DNA of 64,000 bases from Octopus sinensis (lineage: Eukaryota): NCBI RefSeq assembly GCF_006345805.1, contig NC_043001.1, positions 128,712,001 through 128,776,000 of the forward strand. Reading direction: 5' to 3'. Position 1 is the stretch's first letter, and every line of letters starts with the position of its first letter. Positions 63,890-64,000 of this stretch are shown here, piece by piece. Both the position numbers and the translations under genes were made by a program. The notes beneath the pieces are model-generated. The model saw only the letters and a list, made by a program, of their open reading frames with translations. It was not told the origin of the DNA and made no database searches.

Positions 63890-64000
63890 CACCACTACTA
63901 CCACCACCACCACCACCACCACTACCACCAGTCATCACAACTACAACTACTTCTAGCCCACCACCCTCCTGACGACGGCGACAACGACGACGACCACTAC
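63780..64000. repeat. (ACC)/(ACT)/(ACG) tract
   Basis: Directly visible. Confidence 0.95.

Overview
AT-rich, microsatellite- and transposon-dense eukaryotic DNA. The SINE/MITE repertoire and the host gene are consistent with an octopus (cephalopod) genome; this is an inference, not a database result. The only host coding sequence I can support is the last three coding exons of a Fuzzy (FUZ, planar cell polarity effector) orthologue on the minus strand (3937-3839, 2826-2694, 821-764; splice phases and stop codon are consistent). The rest is a layered TE landscape: at least five tRNA-derived or LINE-tailed SINE families (labelled A-F here, my own labels), Dong/R4 and Tx1 LINE fragments, Penelope-like remnants carrying minimal hammerhead-ribozyme motifs, and a nested Gypsy LTR relic whose LTR holds a young 9 x 86-bp CCAAT/TATA array. 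There are also Helitron non-autonomous copies and RepHel remnants, Tc1/mariner, hAT and piggyBac relics, and a size series (47-805 bp) of GG-ended, 8-bp-TSD (Merlin-like) MITEs. Most notable structure: a non-canonical hammerhead core shared by several copies, a ~665-bp near-perfect inverted duplication, a fold-back MITE dimer, a 148-bp duplication flanking a MITE, locally templated insertions, and a 110-bp cluster of HSE/kB/NRF1/CRE motifs. Almost all ORFs in the supplied track are artefacts of SINEs or simple repeats. TE boundaries are approximate unless a TSD is quoted.
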